Part shown: positions 48,509-63,573 of the stretch, one piece after another
Layout of the letters: each line of letters begins with the position of its first letter
Numbering within the stretch: position 1 is the first letter of the stretch
Sequence record: NC_054912.1
Direction: 5' to 3' (one strand)
Source: Escherichia phage vB_EcoM_F1
DNA: 64,000 bases
Position numbers and translations under genes: made by a program
Notes under the pieces: model-generated
The model's input: the letters and a program-made list of their open reading frames with translations, nothing else
Database searches by the model: none
Told to the model about the DNA's origin: nothing

Positions 48509-50491
48509 ATGGCAAATACCCCTGTAAATTATCAATTAACAAGAACAGCAAATGCTATTCCCGAGATATTCGTCGGGGGTACGTTTGCTGAAATAAAACA
48601 AAACCTCATTGAATGGCTTAATGGCCAAAATGAATTTTTGGATTATGATTTTGAAGGCTCAAGATTAAACGTTCTGTGTGACCTTTTGGCTTATAATACG
48701 CTGTACATTCAACAGTTTGGTAATGCTGCTGTGTATGAAAGCTTTATGCGTACTGCTAACTTACGAAGTTCAGTTGTTCAAGCTGCACAAGATAACGGAT
48801 ATTTACCTACTTCAAAATCCGCTGCGCAGACCGAAATTATGTTAACATGCACCGACGCATTGAATAGGAATTACATTACTATTCCTCGCGGAACTCGCTT
48901 TTTAGCATATGCAAAAGATACTTCTGTTAATCCATATAACTTCGTTTCTACCGAAGACGTTATTGCTATTCGTGATAAAAATAACCAATATTTTCCGCGT
49001 TTAAAATTGGCCCAGGGACGTATAGTAAGAACTGAAATCATTTATGATAAATTAACACCTATTATCATTTATGATAAAAATATTGATAGAAACCAGGTTA
49101 AATTATACGTTGATGGAGCAGAATGGATTAACTGGACAAGAAAGTCAATGGTTCATGCTGGTTCTACATCGACAATTTACTACATGCGTGAAACTATTGA
49201 TGGAAATACTGAATTCTATTTTGGTGAAGGTGAAATTTCTGTTAATGCTTCTGAAGGAGCTTTGACCGCTAATTATATCGGAGGTCTTAAACCTACTCAG
49301 AACTCTACGATTGTTATTGAGTACATCAGTACTAATGGTGCTGACGCGAACGGAGCAGTCGGATTTTCATACGCAGATACATTAACAAATATAACTGTCA
49401 TCAATATTAATGAAAATCCAAACGATGACCCAGATTTTGTTGGGGCAGATGGCGGCGGTGATCCAGAAGATATTGAGCGTATCCGCGAATTGGGTACTAT
49501 TAAACGCGAAACCCAGCAACGCTGCGTAACTGCAACTGACTATGATACATTCGTTTCAGAAAGATTTGGTTCTATTATTCAAGCAGTTCAGACTTTCACT
49601 GATTCTACTAAACCTGGTTATGCATTTATTGCTGCTAAACCTAAATCAGGTCTGTATTTAACTACTGTACAGCGCGAAGATATTAAAAATTATCTCAAAG
49701 ACTATAATTTAGCTCCTATTACGCCATCAATTATTTCTCCTAATTATCTTTTTATTAAGACTAATTTAAAAGTCACATATGCTTTAAATAAACTGCAAGA
49801 ATCCGAACAGTGGCTCGAAGGTCAAATAATTGATAAAATTGATCGTTATTATACCGAAGATGTAGAAATTTTTAACTCGTCTTTCGCTAAATCTAAGATG
49901 TTAACTTATGTAGATGATGCAGATCATTCTATCATTGGTTCATCAGCGACAATTCAAATTGTTCGTGAAGTACAAAACTTCTATAAAACGCCTGAAGCAG
50001 GTATTAAATACAATAATCAAATAAAAGATCGTTCTATGGAATCTAATACGTTTTCATTTAATTCTGGACGAAAGGTTGTAAATCCTGATACTGGTTTAGA
50101 AGAAGATGTATTATATGACGTTCGTATAGTATCAACAGACCGAGATTCTAAAGGAATTGGTAAAGTTATTATTGGTCCATTTGCTTCCGGCGATGTTACA
50201 GAAAATGAAAACATTCAGCCGTATACAGGCAACGATTTTAACAAATTAGCAAATTCTGATGGACGCGACAAATACTATGTTATCGGTGAAATAAATTATC
50301 CGGCTGACATGATTTATTGGAATATCGCTAAAATTAATTTAACATCTGAAAAATTTGAAGTTCAAACTATTGAATTATATTCTGACCCAACCGATGATGT
50401 TATCTTTACTCGCGATGGTTCACTGATTGTATTTGAAAATGACTTACGTCCACAATACTTAACTATCGATTTGGAGCCTATATCACAATGA
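48509..50491 (+). CDS. 6: baseplate wedge protein gp6
   Basis: 660 aa. Confidence 0.93.
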   Translation: MANTPVNYQLTRTANAIPEIFVGGTFAEIKQNLIEWLNGQNEFLDYDFEGSRLNVLCDLLAYNTLYIQQFGNAAVYESFMRTANLRSSVVQAAQDNGYLPTSKSAAQTEIMLTCTDALNRNYITIPRGTRFLAYAKDTSVNPYNFVSTEDVIAIRDKNNQYFPRLKLAQGRIVRTEIIYDKLTPIIIYDKNIDRNQVKLYVDGAEWINWTRKSMVHAGSTSTIYYMRETIDGNTEFYFGEGEISVNASEGALTANYIGGLKPTQNSTIVIEYISTNGADANGAVGFSYADTLTNITVININENPNDDPDFVGADGGGDPEDIERIRELGTIKRETQQRCVTATDYDTFVSERFGSIIQAVQTFTDSTKPGYAFIAAKPKSGLYLTTVQREDIKNYLKDYNLAPITPSIISPNYLFIKTNLKVTYALNKLQESEQWLEGQIIDKIDRYYTEDVEIFNSSFAKSKMLTYVDDADHSIIGSSATIQIVREVQNFYKTPEAGIKYNNQIKDRSMESNTFSFNSGRKVVNPDTGLEEDVLYDVRIVSTDRDSKGIGKVIIGPFASGDVTENENIQPYTGNDFNKLANSDGRDKYYVIGEINYPADMIYWNIAKINLTSEKFEVQTIELYSDPTDDVIFTRDGSLIVFENDLRPQYLTIDLEPISQ

Positions 50492-53400
50492 CAGTAAAAG
50501 CACCTTCAGTCACTAGTCTCAGAATTTCCAAGTTATCCGCAAATCAGGTGCAAGTACGCTGGGATGACGTTGGTGCTAATTTCTACTATTTTGTAGAAAT
50601 CGCTGAGACCAAAACAGACTCGGGGGAAAATCTCCCGAGTGATCAATATCGTTGGATTAATTTAGGGTATACAGCAAATAATAGTTTCTTTTTTGATGAT
50701 GCTGATCCACTGACATCATATGTTATTAGAGTAGCTACGGCGGCTCAAGATTTTGAGCAGTCTGACTGGATTTATACCGAAGAGTTTGAAACTTTTGCTA
50801 CGAATGCTTACACATTTCAAAACATGATTGAAATGCAATTAGCCAATAAATTCATTCAGGAAAAATTTACTCTTAACAATTCTAATTATGTCAATTTTAA
50901 TAATGACACTATAATGGCTGCATTGATGAATGAATCGTTTCAATTCAGCCCATCATATGCTGATGTCTCATCAATCAGTAATTTTATTATTGGCGAAAAT
51001 GAGTATCATGAAATACAAGGTTCTATTCAGCAAGTGTGTAAGGATATTAACCGAGTTTATTTGATGGAATCAGAAGGAATTTTGTACCTCTTTGAGCGCT
51101 ATCAACCTGTGGTTAAAGTATCTAATGATAAAGGACAAACCTGGAAAGCTGTAAAGCTCTTCAATGACCGCGTAGGATATCCTTTATCTAAGACAGTATA
51201 TTACCAATCTGCAAACACAACATACGTTCTAGGATACGACAAGATTTTCTATGGCCGTAAATCGACTGACGTTAGATGGTCAGCTGATGATGTCAGATTT
51301 AGTTCACAGGATATAACATTCGCTAAACTTGGTGACCAATTGCATCTAGGATTTGATGTAGAAATTTTTGCCACTTATGCGACTTTACCAGCGAATGTAT
51401 ACCGCATTGCAGAAGCTATTACTTGCACCGATGATTACATTTACGTTGTCGCCAGAGACAAAGTTAGATACATAAAAACGAGTAATGCACCTATAGATTC
51501 TGATCCATTATCTCCAACATATTCGGAAAGACTTTTTGAACCTGATACAATGACTATAACTGGAAATCCTAAAGCAGTATGCTATAAAATGGATTCTATT
51601 GGTGATAAAGTTTTTGCTCTTATTATTGGAGAAGTTGAAACATTAAATGCTAATCCTAGAACATCAAAAATAATTGATTCTGCTGATAAAGGAATATATG
51701 TTTTAAATCATGACACGAAAACATGGAAAAGAGTTTTTGGCAACACTGAAGAAGAAAGAAGACGTATTCAACCTGGATATGCGAATATGTCAACTGATGG
51801 TAAATTAGTTTCTCTGTCTTCGAGTAATTTTAAATTTTTAAGTGATAACGTTGTTAATGACCCTGAAACTGCAGCGAAATATCAGTTAATCGGTGCTGTT
51901 AAATATGAATTTCCTCGTGAATGGCTAGCCGATAAGCATTATCATATGATGGCATTTATAGCAGATGAAAAATCTGATTGGGAAACTTTTACGCCTCAAC
52001 CGATGAAATATTATGCAGAACCATTCTTTAACTGGTCTAAAAAATCTAACACACGTTGTTGGATAAACAACTCTGACAGAGCTGTAGTAGTTTATGCTGA
52101 TTTAAAATACACTAAAGTTATAGAAAATATTCCGGAAACATCGCCAGATAGATTAGTTCATGAATACTGGGATGATGGTGATTGTACTATAGTAATGCCA
52201 AATGTTAAATTCACTGGATTTAAAAAATACGCATCAGGAATGCTTTTCTATAAAGCCTCTGGTGAAATAATTTCTTACTATGATTTTAACTATCGTGTGA
52301 GAGATACAGTAGAAATTATTTGGAAGCCAACTGAAGTATTTTTAAAAGCATTTTTACAAAACCAAGAGCATGAGACTCCTTGGTCACCAGAAGAAGAGCG
52401 TGGACTAGCTGACCCTGATTTAAGACCATTGATTGGCACAATGATGCCTGATTCTTATTTGTTGCAGGATTCGAATTTTGAGGCATTTTGCGAAGCATAT
52501 ATTCAGTATCTTTCTGATGGATATGGAACTCAGTATAACAATTTACGAAATTTAATTCGTAATCAGTATCCACGAGAAGAGCATGCATGGGAATATTTGT
52601 GGTCAGAGATATATAAAAGAAACATTTATTTAAATGCTGACAAACGTGATGCTGTTGCAAGATTTTTTGAATCACGTAGCTACGATTTTTATTCTACTAA
52701 AGGAATTGAAGCATCATACAAATTTCTTTTTAAAGTTCTTTATAATGAAGAAGTTGAAATTGAAATTGAATCTGGGGCTGGTACTGAATATGACATAATC
52801 GTTCAATCTGATTCTTTGACTGAAGACTTAGTAGGACAAACGATTTATACGGCAACAGGAAGATGTAATGTTACTTATATAGAAAGAAGTTATTCTAATG
52901 GTAAATTGCAATGGACCGTAACTATTCATAATCTTTTGGGACGATTAATTGCTGGCCAAGAAGTTAAAGCAGAAAGACTTCCTAGTTTTGAAGGCGAAAT
53001 TATTCGTGGGGTTAAAGGAAAGGATTTGCTTCAAAACAATATAGACTATATTAATAGAAGTAGATCATACTATGTAATGAAAATTAAATCCAATTTACCT
53101 TCTTCCCGCTGGAAATCTGACGTTATTCGTTTTGTTCATCCAGTAGGATTTGGATTTATAGCAATTACCCTTTTAACAATGTTTATTAATGTTGGTTTAA
53201 CTCTTAAACATACAGAGACTATAATTAATAAATACAAAAACTATAAATGGGATTCTGGATTGCCTACTGAATATGCCGATAGAATAGCTAAATTGACTCC
53301 AACTGGTGAAATTGAGCATGATTCAGTAACAGGCGAAGCAATTTATGAGCCTGGCCCAATGGCTGGTGTAGAATATCCTCTTCCTGATGACTATAATGCT

Positions 53401-53586
53401 GAAAATAATAATTCAATATTTCAAGGTCAATTGCCGTCTGAACGACGTAAATTAATGAGTCCTTTATTTGATGCATCTGGAACAACATTTGCGCAATTTA
53501 GAGATTTAGTTAATAAACGTCTAAAAGATAATATAGGAAATCCAAGAGACCCTGAAAATCCAACACAGGTTAAAATAGATGAATGA
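50488..53586 (+). CDS. 7: baseplate wedge initiator gp7
   Basis: 1032 aa. Confidence 0.93.
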   Translation: MTVKAPSVTSLRISKLSANQVQVRWDDVGANFYYFVEIAETKTDSGENLPSDQYRWINLGYTANNSFFFDDADPLTSYVIRVATAAQDFEQSDWIYTEEFETFATNAYTFQNMIEMQLANKFIQEKFTLNNSNYVNFNNDTIMAALMNESFQFSPSYADVSSISNFIIGENEYHEIQGSIQQVCKDINRVYLMESEGILYLFERYQPVVKVSNDKGQTWKAVKLFNDRVGYPLSKTVYYQSANTTYVLGYDKIFYGRKSTDVRWSADDVRFSSQDITFAKLGDQLHLGFDVEIFATYATLPANVYRIAEAITCTDDYIYVVARDKVRYIKTSNAPIDSDPLSPTYSERLFEPDTMTITGNPKAVCYKMDSIGDKVFALIIGEVETLNANPRTSKIIDSADKGIYVLNHDTKTWKRVFGNTEEERRRIQPGYANMSTDGKLVSLSSSNFKFLSDNVVNDPETAAKYQLIGAVKYEFPREWLADKHYHMMAFIADEKSDWETFTPQPMKYYAEPFFNWSKKSNTRCWINNSDRAVVVYADLKYTKVIENIPETSPDRLVHEYWDDGDCTIVMPNVKFTGFKKYASGMLFYKASGEIISYYDFNYRVRDTVEIIWKPTEVFLKAFLQNQEHETPWSPEEERGLADPDLRPLIGTMMPDSYLLQDSNFEAFCEAYIQYLSDGYGTQYNNLRNLIRNQYPREEHAWEYLWSEIYKRNIYLNADKRDAVARFFESRSYDFYSTKGIEASYKFLFKVLYNEEVEIEIESGAGTEYDIIVQSDSLTEDLVGQTIYTATGRCNVTYIERSYSNGKLQWTVTIHNLLGRLIAGQEVKAERLPSFEGEIIRGVKGKDLLQNNIDYINRSRSYYVMKIKSNLPSSRWKSDVIRFVHPVGFGFIAITLLTMFINVGLTLKHTETIINKYKNYKWDSGLPTEYADRIAKLTPTGEIEHDSVTGEAIYEPGPMAGVEYPLPDDYNAENNNSIFQGQLPSERRKLMSPLFDASGTTFAQFRDLVNKRLKDNIGNPRDPENPTQVKIDE

Positions 53587-54583
53587 TTCAAGTGTTATCT
53601 ATCGTGCGATAGTTACTTCAAAATTTAGAACAGAAAAAATGTTGAATTTTTATAATTCAATTGGAAGTGGTCCGGATAAAAACACTATCTTTATCACATT
53701 TGGAAGATCAGAACCGTGGTCATCAAATGAAAATGAGGTGGGCTTTGCCCCACCTTATCCAACCGATTCTGTATTAGGCGTAACTGACATGTGGACGCAT
53801 ATGATGGGAACAGTAAAGGTTCTTCCATCAATGCTTGACGCAGTTATTCCTCGTCGAGATTGGGGAGATACTAGATATCCGGATCCATACACATTTAGAA
53901 TTAACGATATTGTAGTGTGTAACTCAGCTCCTTACAACGCTACTGAATCAGGCGCTGGCTGGTTAGTATATCGTTGTTTAGATGTTCCTGATACTGGAAT
54001 GTGCTCAATTGAGTCTTTAACTAATAAGGATGAATGCCTTAAGCTAGGTGGAAAATGGACTCCTTCTGTTAGGTCAATGACTCCTCCTGAAGGTCGAGGA
54101 GATGCTGAAGGAACAATTGAACCTGGGGACGGGTATGTATGGGAATATCTTTTTGAGATTCCACCCGATGTATCTATAAATAGATGCACGAATGAATATA
54201 TTGTGGTTCCTTGGCCTGAGGAATTAAAAGAAGACCCGACTAGATGGGGATATGAAGATAATCTCACTTGGCAGCAAGATGATTTTGGATTAATTTACCG
54301 GGTTAAGGCAAATACTATCCGTTTTAAAGCATATTTAGATTCAGTTTATTTTCCTGATGCTGCATTGCCAGGAAATAAAGGATTTAGACAAATATCAATA
54401 ATCACGAATCCTCTTGAAGCTAAAGCTCATCCAAATGACCCAAACGTTAAAGCTGAAAAGGATTATTATGACCCAGAAGATTTAATGAGGCATTCGGGCG
54501 AAATGATTTATATGGAAAATAGGCCACCTATTATCATGGCAATGGATCAGACAGAAGAAATCAATATTCTGTTTACATTTTAA
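53579..54583 (+). CDS. 8: baseplate wedge protein gp8
   Basis: 334 aa. Confidence 0.93.
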   Translation: MNDSSVIYRAIVTSKFRTEKMLNFYNSIGSGPDKNTIFITFGRSEPWSSNENEVGFAPPYPTDSVLGVTDMWTHMMGTVKVLPSMLDAVIPRRDWGDTRYPDPYTFRINDIVVCNSAPYNATESGAGWLVYRCLDVPDTGMCSIESLTNKDECLKLGGKWTPSVRSMTPPEGRGDAEGTIEPGDGYVWEYLFEIPPDVSINRCTNEYIVVPWPEELKEDPTRWGYEDNLTWQQDDFGLIYRVKANTIRFKAYLDSVYFPDAALPGNKGFRQISIITNPLEAKAHPNDPNVKAEKDYYDPEDLMRHSGEMIYMENRPPIIMAMDQTEEINILFTF

Positions 54584-54588
54584 ATTAA

Positions 54589-54611
54589 GGGAGCCCATGG
54601 GCTCCCTTTTT
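54589..54611 (+). terminator. rho-independent terminator after gene 8
   Basis: GGGAGCC-CAUG-GGCUCCC followed by T5. Confidence 0.75.
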
Positions 54612-54614
54612 CTT

Positions 54615-54622
54615 TATAAATA
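54615..54622 (+). promoter_or_regulatory. late promoter (TATAAATA) for gene 9
   Basis: Exact TATAAATA 25 nt upstream of the gene 9 ATG. Confidence 0.7.
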
Positions 54623-54646
54623 CTATAAACTCATAAGGAAACCGCT

Positions 54647-55513
54647 ATGTTCATTCAAGAACCAAAGAAATTGATTGATACCGGCGAAATTGGTAACGCT
54701 TCTACTGGTGATATCTTATTCGACGGTGGTAATAAAATTAATAGTGATTTTAACGCAATTTATAATGCGTTTGGCGATCAGCGTAAAATGGCAGTAGCAA
54801 ATGGCACTGGAGCAGATGGTCAAATTATCCATGCTACTGGATATTATCAAAAGCACTCTATCGCGGAGTACGCAACTCCAGTGAAAGTTGGCACTAGACA
54901 TGATATTGATACCTCTACTGTAGGTGTTAAAGTTATTATTGAAAGAGGAGAACTTGGCGATTGTGTTGAATTCATTAACTCTAATGGATCAATATCAGTT
55001 ACTAATCCTTTAACGATTCAGGCTATTGATTCAATTAAAGGCGTTTCAGGTAATTTAGTAGTAACTAGTCCATATAGTAAAGTTACTTTACGTTGTATTT
55101 CATCTGATAATTCTACGTCGGTTTGGAATTATTCTATTGAAAGTATGTTTGGTCAAAAGGAATCACCGGCCGAAGGTACATGGAATATTTCTACATCTGG
55201 GTCAGTTGACATTCCATTGTTTCATCGTACTGAATATAACATGGCTAAATTGTTAGTTACATGCCAATCAGTAGATGGAAGAAAAATTAAAACGGCAGAA
55301 ATAAATATTCTTGTAGATACTGTTAATTCAGCGGTCATTTCTTCTGAATATGCTGTCATGCGGGTTGGAAATGAAACAGAAGAAGACGAAATCGCTAATA
55401 TTGCATTTAGTATTAAAGAAAATTATGTAACGGCAACTATAAGTTCTTCAACTGTCGGTATGAGAGCAGCAGTTAAAGTTATCGCTACGCAGAAAATCGG
55501 GGTGGCTCAATAA
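54647..55513 (+). CDS. 9: baseplate protein gp9 (long-tail-fibre socket)
   Basis: 288 aa. Confidence 0.93.
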   Translation: MFIQEPKKLIDTGEIGNASTGDILFDGGNKINSDFNAIYNAFGDQRKMAVANGTGADGQIIHATGYYQKHSIAEYATPVKVGTRHDIDTSTVGVKVIIERGELGDCVEFINSNGSISVTNPLTIQAIDSIKGVSGNLVVTSPYSKVTLRCISSDNSTSVWNYSIESMFGQKESPAEGTWNISTSGSVDIPLFHRTEYNMAKLLVTCQSVDGRKIKTAEINILVDTVNSAVISSEYAVMRVGNETEEDEIANIAFSIKENYVTATISSSTVGMRAAVKVIATQKIGVAQ

Positions 55514-57318
55514 TGAAACAAAATATTAATATCGGTAATGTTGTTGATGATGGTACCGGTGACTACCTGCGTAAAGGTGGTATAAAAATAAATGAAAACT
55601 TTGATGAACTTTATTATGAACTTGGCGATGGAGATGTTCCATATTCAGCCGGTGCCTGGAAAACTTATAATGCTTCATCCGGTCAAACATTAAAAGCTAA
55701 GTGGGGAAAATCATACGCTATTAATACCTCTTCTGGAAGAGTAACTTTACAACTTCCTAAAGGAACTGTTAATGATTATAATAAAGTAATTAGAGCTAGG
55801 GATGTATTTGCAACATGGAACATTAATCCAGTTACTTTAGTAGCTGCTTCTGGGGATACAATTAAAGGGTCGTCATCGTCAGTTGAAATTAATATTCAAT
55901 TTAGTGATTTAGAGCTCGTTTATTGTGCTCCAGGACGTTGGGAATATGTCAAAAACAAACAAATTGACAAAATTATTAGTTCAGATATTAGTAATGTAGC
56001 ACGTAAAGAATTTTTAGTCGAAGTTCAAGGACAAACAGACTTTTTAGATGTTTTCCGTGGAACTAGCTATAATGTTAATAACATCCGAGTAAAACACCGC
56101 GGTAATGAATTATATTATGGCGATGTATTTAGTGAAAACAGTGACTTTGGCTCTCCTGGGGAAAATGAAGGAGAATTGATTCCTCTTGATGGATTTAACA
56201 TTCGATTAAGACAGCCTTGTAATATTGGTGACACCGTTCAAATTGAAACATTTATGGATGGTGTATCACAATGGAGAAGTTCATATACAAGACGCCAAAT
56301 AAAAGTATTAGATTCAAAATTAACGTCAAAAACTTCTTTAGAAGGAAGTATTTACGTTACTGATTTATCGGCGATGAAATCAATTCCATTCTCTGCATTT
56401 GGATTAATTCCTGGAGAACCTATTAATCCTAATTCTCTTGAAGTTCGTTTTAATGGAATTTTACAACAACAAGCTGGAACAGCCGGATATCCTCTGTTTT
56501 TGTGTGAAGGTGCTAATTCAGATACGCAAGCAGGATGTATATCTCTTGGCGGTGAATGGAAAGAATCGAATACAGATTATTCTATAGAATATGAAGATGG
56601 AAAACCTACCAGTCTTTTATTTGATAGAAAATTTGAATCCGGTGACATTATCGTTATAACATGGTTCAATAATGATTTAGGAACTCTTTTAGAAAAAGAT
56701 GACATCATTGAATTGACTGATGACCGTTATGTTAGCAAAGGATCATCTACCGAAGTTACTGGTGATGTAGCCTTAACAGATTTTGATAAAATCGGTTGGC
56801 CAAATGTTGAAAAAGTTGATTCTTATACTAGAACGTATAATTCAATATCATCTATTTTCGATAGCATTTATCCTGTAGGTTCAATTTATGAAAATGCTAT
56901 AAATCCAAATAATCCGGTGACTTATATGGGATTTGGTTCATGGAAATTATTTGGTAAAGGACAAGTTTTAGTAGGATGGAATGATGATGTTACGGATCCA
57001 AACTTTGCTTTAAACAATAATGATTTAGATTCTAGCGGAAATCCTTCACATACTGCAGGTGGAACAGTTGGAACAACATCAGTAACGCTTGAAAACGCAA
57101 ATCTTCCTGCAACTAAAACCGACGAAAGAGTTTTAATTGAAGACGAAAATGGATCGGTTATTATTGGAGGTTGCCAATATGACCCAGATGAAACTGGTCC
57201 TATATATACAAAATATCGTGAAGACTACGCAACAACAAACTCTTCACATACTCCTCCTGCTAATATTAGTAATATTCAACCGTCTATTACTGTATACCGT
57301 TGGATAAGGATTGCATAA
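55513..57318 (+). CDS. 10: baseplate protein gp10
   Basis: 601 aa. Confidence 0.93.
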   Translation: MKQNINIGNVVDDGTGDYLRKGGIKINENFDELYYELGDGDVPYSAGAWKTYNASSGQTLKAKWGKSYAINTSSGRVTLQLPKGTVNDYNKVIRARDVFATWNINPVTLVAASGDTIKGSSSSVEINIQFSDLELVYCAPGRWEYVKNKQIDKIISSDISNVARKEFLVEVQGQTDFLDVFRGTSYNVNNIRVKHRGNELYYGDVFSENSDFGSPGENEGELIPLDGFNIRLRQPCNIGDTVQIETFMDGVSQWRSSYTRRQIKVLDSKLTSKTSLEGSIYVTDLSAMKSIPFSAFGLIPGEPINPNSLEVRFNGILQQQAGTAGYPLFLCEGANSDTQAGCISLGGEWKESNTDYSIEYEDGKPTSLLFDRKFESGDIIVITWFNNDLGTLLEKDDIIELTDDRYVSKGSSTEVTGDVALTDFDKIGWPNVEKVDSYTRTYNSISSIFDSIYPVGSIYENAINPNNPVTYMGFGSWKLFGKGQVLVGWNDDVTDPNFALNNNDLDSSGNPSHTAGGTVGTTSVTLENANLPATKTDERVLIEDENGSVIIGGCQYDPDETGPIYTKYREDYATTNSSHTPPANISNIQPSITVYRWIRIA

Positions 57319-57977
57319 TGAGTTTACTTAATAATAAAGCGGGAGTTATTTCCCGCTTAGCAGATTTTCTTGGTTTTAGAACTAAGAAAAATGATATTTC
57401 GGTTATGAATAATCAGCCAGTAGGCGCTGTAACAATTTCACAAATAGCAAAAGGTTTTTATGACCCAAATGTAGAATCTGCTATCAATGATGTTAGAAAT
57501 ATGGCAGAGCAACAGGTTGGAGCTGTATTAGTTAATATAAGCGGCGTATCTCCTACTGGCGTGCAACAAACAGACTATTGGTCATTTGAAGGAACTGTTA
57601 CTGATACTTCAGCCAAACCAGGTGACCCAGTTATTGTTAATATGTTTGGCATTCCTGTTAAAGCTACTAATGGAATGACTTCAATCGAATTTACCAGTGC
57701 CGTTAGAACAGCTCTGCAGGAAATGGTTGCAAAATTTATTGCAATTGATTCATTTGAAGACCATCCTACCATAGGAAATAAAATACAAGTTAAGTATTTA
57801 GATAACCAAGAACATATCTTAGAACAATACTCTGATAAAGGAATTACTTTCAAACAAGAAATAATTTCTCCTTCTAAACCTGGATACGGAACTTGGCAAT
57901 TATTAGGTGCGCAAACTGTCACGCTAGATAGTCACACACAACCTACGGTATTTTATTATTTTGAGAGAATAGCATGA
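57318..57977 (+). CDS. 11: baseplate protein gp11 (short-tail-fibre attachment)
   Basis: 219 aa from [20 protein letters not shown]. Confidence 0.92.
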   Translation: MSLLNNKAGVISRLADFLGFRTKKNDISVMNNQPVGAVTISQIAKGFYDPNVESAINDVRNMAEQQVGAVLVNISGVSPTGVQQTDYWSFEGTVTDTSAKPGDPVIVNMFGIPVKATNGMTSIEFTSAVRTALQEMVAKFIAIDSFEDHPTIGNKIQVKYLDNQEHILEQYSDKGITFKQEIISPSKPGYGTWQLLGAQTVTLDSHTQPTVFYYFERIA

Positions 57978-59524
57978 GTAACAATACATATCAGCACGTA
58001 TCAAATGAATCAAAATATGTTAAATTCGATCCTACTGGATCGAATTTTCCTGACACTGTCACGACAGTGCAGTCTGCATTATCAAAAATAAGTAATATCG
58101 GCGTAAATGGTATTCCTGATGCAACTATGGAAGTTAAAGGAATAGCAATGATTGCGTCAGAGCAAGAGGTTTTAGATGGAACTAATAATTCTAAAATCGT
58201 TACACCCGCTACATTAGCAACAAGATTATTGTATCCAAATGCTACTGAAACTAAGTATGGTTTAACGCGCTATTCAACAAATGAAGAAACATTAGAAGGC
58301 TCAGATAATAATTCATCAATAACGCCGCAAAAACTGAAATACCATACTGACGATGTGTTCCAAAATAGATATTCGTCTGAGTCATCAAACGGGGTTATTA
58401 AAATATCATCTACACCTGCAGCTTTAGCTGGAGTTGATGATACTACGGCAATGACTCCACTGAAAACACAAAAACTTGCAATAAAATTAATTTCACAAAT
58501 AGCTCCTTCCGAAGATACTGCATCAGAATCTGTGAGAGGTGTAGTTCAATTATCTACTGTTGCGCAAACACGTCAAGGAACTCTCCGCGAAGGATATGCA
58601 ATTTCTCCGTATACATTTATGAATTCTGTTGCAACACAAGAATATAAGGGCGTTATACGTTTAGGAACACAATCGGAAATTAACAGTAATTTAGGAGATG
58701 TTGCAGTAACAGGTGAAACACTAAATGGTCGAGGAGCTACCGGTTCTATGCGTGGGGTAGTAAAATTAACGACGCAAGCCGGTATTGCCCCTGAAGGTGA
58801 TAGCTCTGGAGCATTAGCATGGAACGCAGATGTAATTAATACTCGTGGTGGACAAACTATTAATGGTTCTTTAAATTTAGACCATCTTACAGCAAACGGA
58901 ATTTGGTCGCGCGGCGGAATGTGGAAAAATGGCGATCAACCTGTTGCCACTGAAAGATATGCGTCCGAAAGAGTTCCAGTTGGAACTATTATGATGTTTG
59001 CGGGTGATTCAGCACCTCCAGGTTGGATTATGTGTCATGGTGGAACTGTGTCAGGAGACCAATATCCTGATTATAGAAACACTGTTGGAACAAGATTTGG
59101 TGGGGATTGGAATAATCCAGGGATTCCTGATATGCGAGGTCTTTTTGTTAGAGGAGCGGGCACAGGTGGTCATATTTTAAATCAGCGAGGACAAGATGGT
59201 TATGGGAAGGATAGACTTGGTGTAGGATGTGATGGAATGCATGTTGGTGGTGTTCAAGCACAACAAATGTCATACCATAAACATGCTGGTGGTTGGGGAG
59301 AATATAACAGAAGTGAAGGTCCATTTGGCGCGTCTGTTTATCAAGGATATCTTGGAACTAGAAAATATTCCGACTGGGATAACGCTTCATACTTCACCAA
59401 TGATGGATTTGAATTAGGTGGACCGAGAGATGCCCTTGGTACACTTAATCGTGAAGGATTAATTGGTTATGAAACTAGACCATGGAATATATCATTAAAC
59501 TATATTATTAAAATTCATTACTAA
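57974..59524 (+). CDS. 12: short tail fibre gp12
   Basis: 516 aa, [13 protein letters not shown]...; I recall T4 gp12 as slightly longer. Confidence 0.92.
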   Translation: MSNNTYQHVSNESKYVKFDPTGSNFPDTVTTVQSALSKISNIGVNGIPDATMEVKGIAMIASEQEVLDGTNNSKIVTPATLATRLLYPNATETKYGLTRYSTNEETLEGSDNNSSITPQKLKYHTDDVFQNRYSSESSNGVIKISSTPAALAGVDDTTAMTPLKTQKLAIKLISQIAPSEDTASESVRGVVQLSTVAQTRQGTLREGYAISPYTFMNSVATQEYKGVIRLGTQSEINSNLGDVAVTGETLNGRGATGSMRGVVKLTTQAGIAPEGDSSGALAWNADVINTRGGQTINGSLNLDHLTANGIWSRGGMWKNGDQPVATERYASERVPVGTIMMFAGDSAPPGWIMCHGGTVSGDQYPDYRNTVGTRFGGDWNNPGIPDMRGLFVRGAGTGGHILNQRGQDGYGKDRLGVGCDGMHVGGVQAQQMSYHKHAGGWGEYNRSEGPFGASVYQGYLGTRKYSDWDNASYFTNDGFELGGPRDALGTLNREGLIGYETRPWNISLNYIIKIHY

Positions 59525-59533
59525 GGATTACAA

Positions 59534-60991
59534 ATGATTGAATTAAAAGATTTACCTTTTGTTGATAGCGTTCCTGGCGAAGGTCAGGAACGTATTTCAT
59601 GGATTAAAAATGGTGAAGAAATATTAGGAGCTAGTACTAAGTATGGAAACGATGGATCAATGAATAGACCAACTGTTTCCGTGTTTAAAAATGTCGAGGT
59701 TCTCGACGAAAATGTAGGAATTCTTAAAACAGCATTAGAAACATCCCAGGAAGATATTAAAACCATTCAGGGTATCTTAGATGTATCTGGTGATATAGAA
59801 GCTTTATCGCAAATAAGTATCAATAAAAAGGATATCACTGATCTTAAAACGCTTACGAGTGAACATACCGAAATATTAAATGGAACTAATAATACTGTCG
59901 ATAGCATTCTTGCTGACATTGGTCCATTTAATTCGCAAGCAAATTCAGTTTATAGAACGATTAGAAATGATTTGTTATGGATTAAAAGGGAATTAGGACA
60001 ATATGCTGGGCAAGACATTAATGGTCTTCCTGTTGTAGGAAATAGCAGCACGGGTATGAAGCACCGCATCATTAATAATACAGATGCTATAACTTCCCAA
60101 GGAATACGTCTAAGTGATTTGGAAGAAAAATTTATTGAATCTGATGTAGGTTCACTGACAATTGAAGTCGGAAATCTTAGACAAGAACTTGGACAAAGAC
60201 CATCTTCATTCAGTGAAAGCATATATTCACGTGTGCATAATTTAGATCAATCTCAGATTAATCTTAGTTCCGAAATTAAATCTATCAAAACTTCTATTGG
60301 ATATCCAGGAAATACTTCAATAATCACAGATGTTAACACTAATACCCAAGAAATTTCAGCTTTAAATGATGAACTAAATAAAAGCGGAGGTATTAAACAA
60401 CGATTGACTGTCATTGAAACATCAATTGGCTCAGATGATATTCCTTCTAGTATTAAAGGTCAAATTAAAGATAATACTACCTCTATTGAGTCTTTAAATG
60501 GAATTGTAGGTGAAAACACCTCGTCTGGTTTAAGAGCTAATGTTTCGTGGTTAAACCAAATTGTTGGAACTGATTCTAGCGGTGGACAACCTTCTCCTCC
60601 TGGGTCTCTTTTAAATAGAATTTCAACAGTTGAAACTTCCGTTAATAGATTGAACAATGATGTTCAAAACTTACAAGTTGAAATTGGTAATAACAATTCC
60701 GGAATTAAAGGACAAGTTGTAGCATTAAATAAATTAGTAAATGGAACAAATCCAAATGGCTCAACTGTCGAAGAACGCGGATTGACTAATTCAATAAAAG
60801 CTAATGAGACTAACATTGCTTCAATTAATCAAGAGATTCGTAGCATTAAAAGCGATGTATCTTCATTACAAAGGGATGTTCAGACTTTACAGGAAGCAGG
60901 TTATATCCCTGAAGCTCCAAAAGATGGCCAAGCTTACGTTCGTAAAGACGGCGAATGGGTACTACTTTCTACCTTTTTATCACCAGCATAA
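59534..60991 (+). CDS. wac: fibritin (whisker) Wac
   Basis: 485 aa coiled coil with C-terminal foldon [27 protein letters not shown]. Confidence 0.95.
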   Translation: MIELKDLPFVDSVPGEGQERISWIKNGEEILGASTKYGNDGSMNRPTVSVFKNVEVLDENVGILKTALETSQEDIKTIQGILDVSGDIEALSQISINKKDITDLKTLTSEHTEILNGTNNTVDSILADIGPFNSQANSVYRTIRNDLLWIKRELGQYAGQDINGLPVVGNSSTGMKHRIINNTDAITSQGIRLSDLEEKFIESDVGSLTIEVGNLRQELGQRPSSFSESIYSRVHNLDQSQINLSSEIKSIKTSIGYPGNTSIITDVNTNTQEISALNDELNKSGGIKQRLTVIETSIGSDDIPSSIKGQIKDNTTSIESLNGIVGENTSSGLRANVSWLNQIVGTDSSGGQPSPPGSLLNRISTVETSVNRLNNDVQNLQVEIGNNNSGIKGQVVALNKLVNGTNPNGSTVEERGLTNSIKANETNIASINQEIRSIKSDVSSLQRDVQTLQEAGYIPEAPKDGQAYVRKDGEWVLLSTFLSPA

Positions 60992-60994
60992 CAT

Positions 60995-61010
60995 GGGGCC
61001 GCAAGGCCCC
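60995..61010 (+). other. GC hairpin with GNRA-type loop between wac and 13
   Basis: ggggcc-gcaa-ggcccc; no immediate T tract. Confidence 0.4.
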
Positions 61011-61022
61011 AAAGGATTTTAA

Positions 61023-63532
<2,510 letters not shown>

Positions 63533-63573
63533 TAAATATTATAAACTAATTAAAGCCCAGATTAGGAGAAATC

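Noticed and set aside
52316-52675. Minus-strand ORFs inside late genes 7 and 8 (also 53288-53488, 53932-54267, 57575-57922, 59584-60222, 60460-60657)
   Set aside because: Antisense to long, recognisable structural genes; no support for expression.
57974-59524. Short-tail-fibre gp12 divergence as a host-range finding
   Set aside because: The protein looks shorter than I recall for T4 (516 versus about 527 aa), but I cannot align from memory reliably enough to say where the difference lies.
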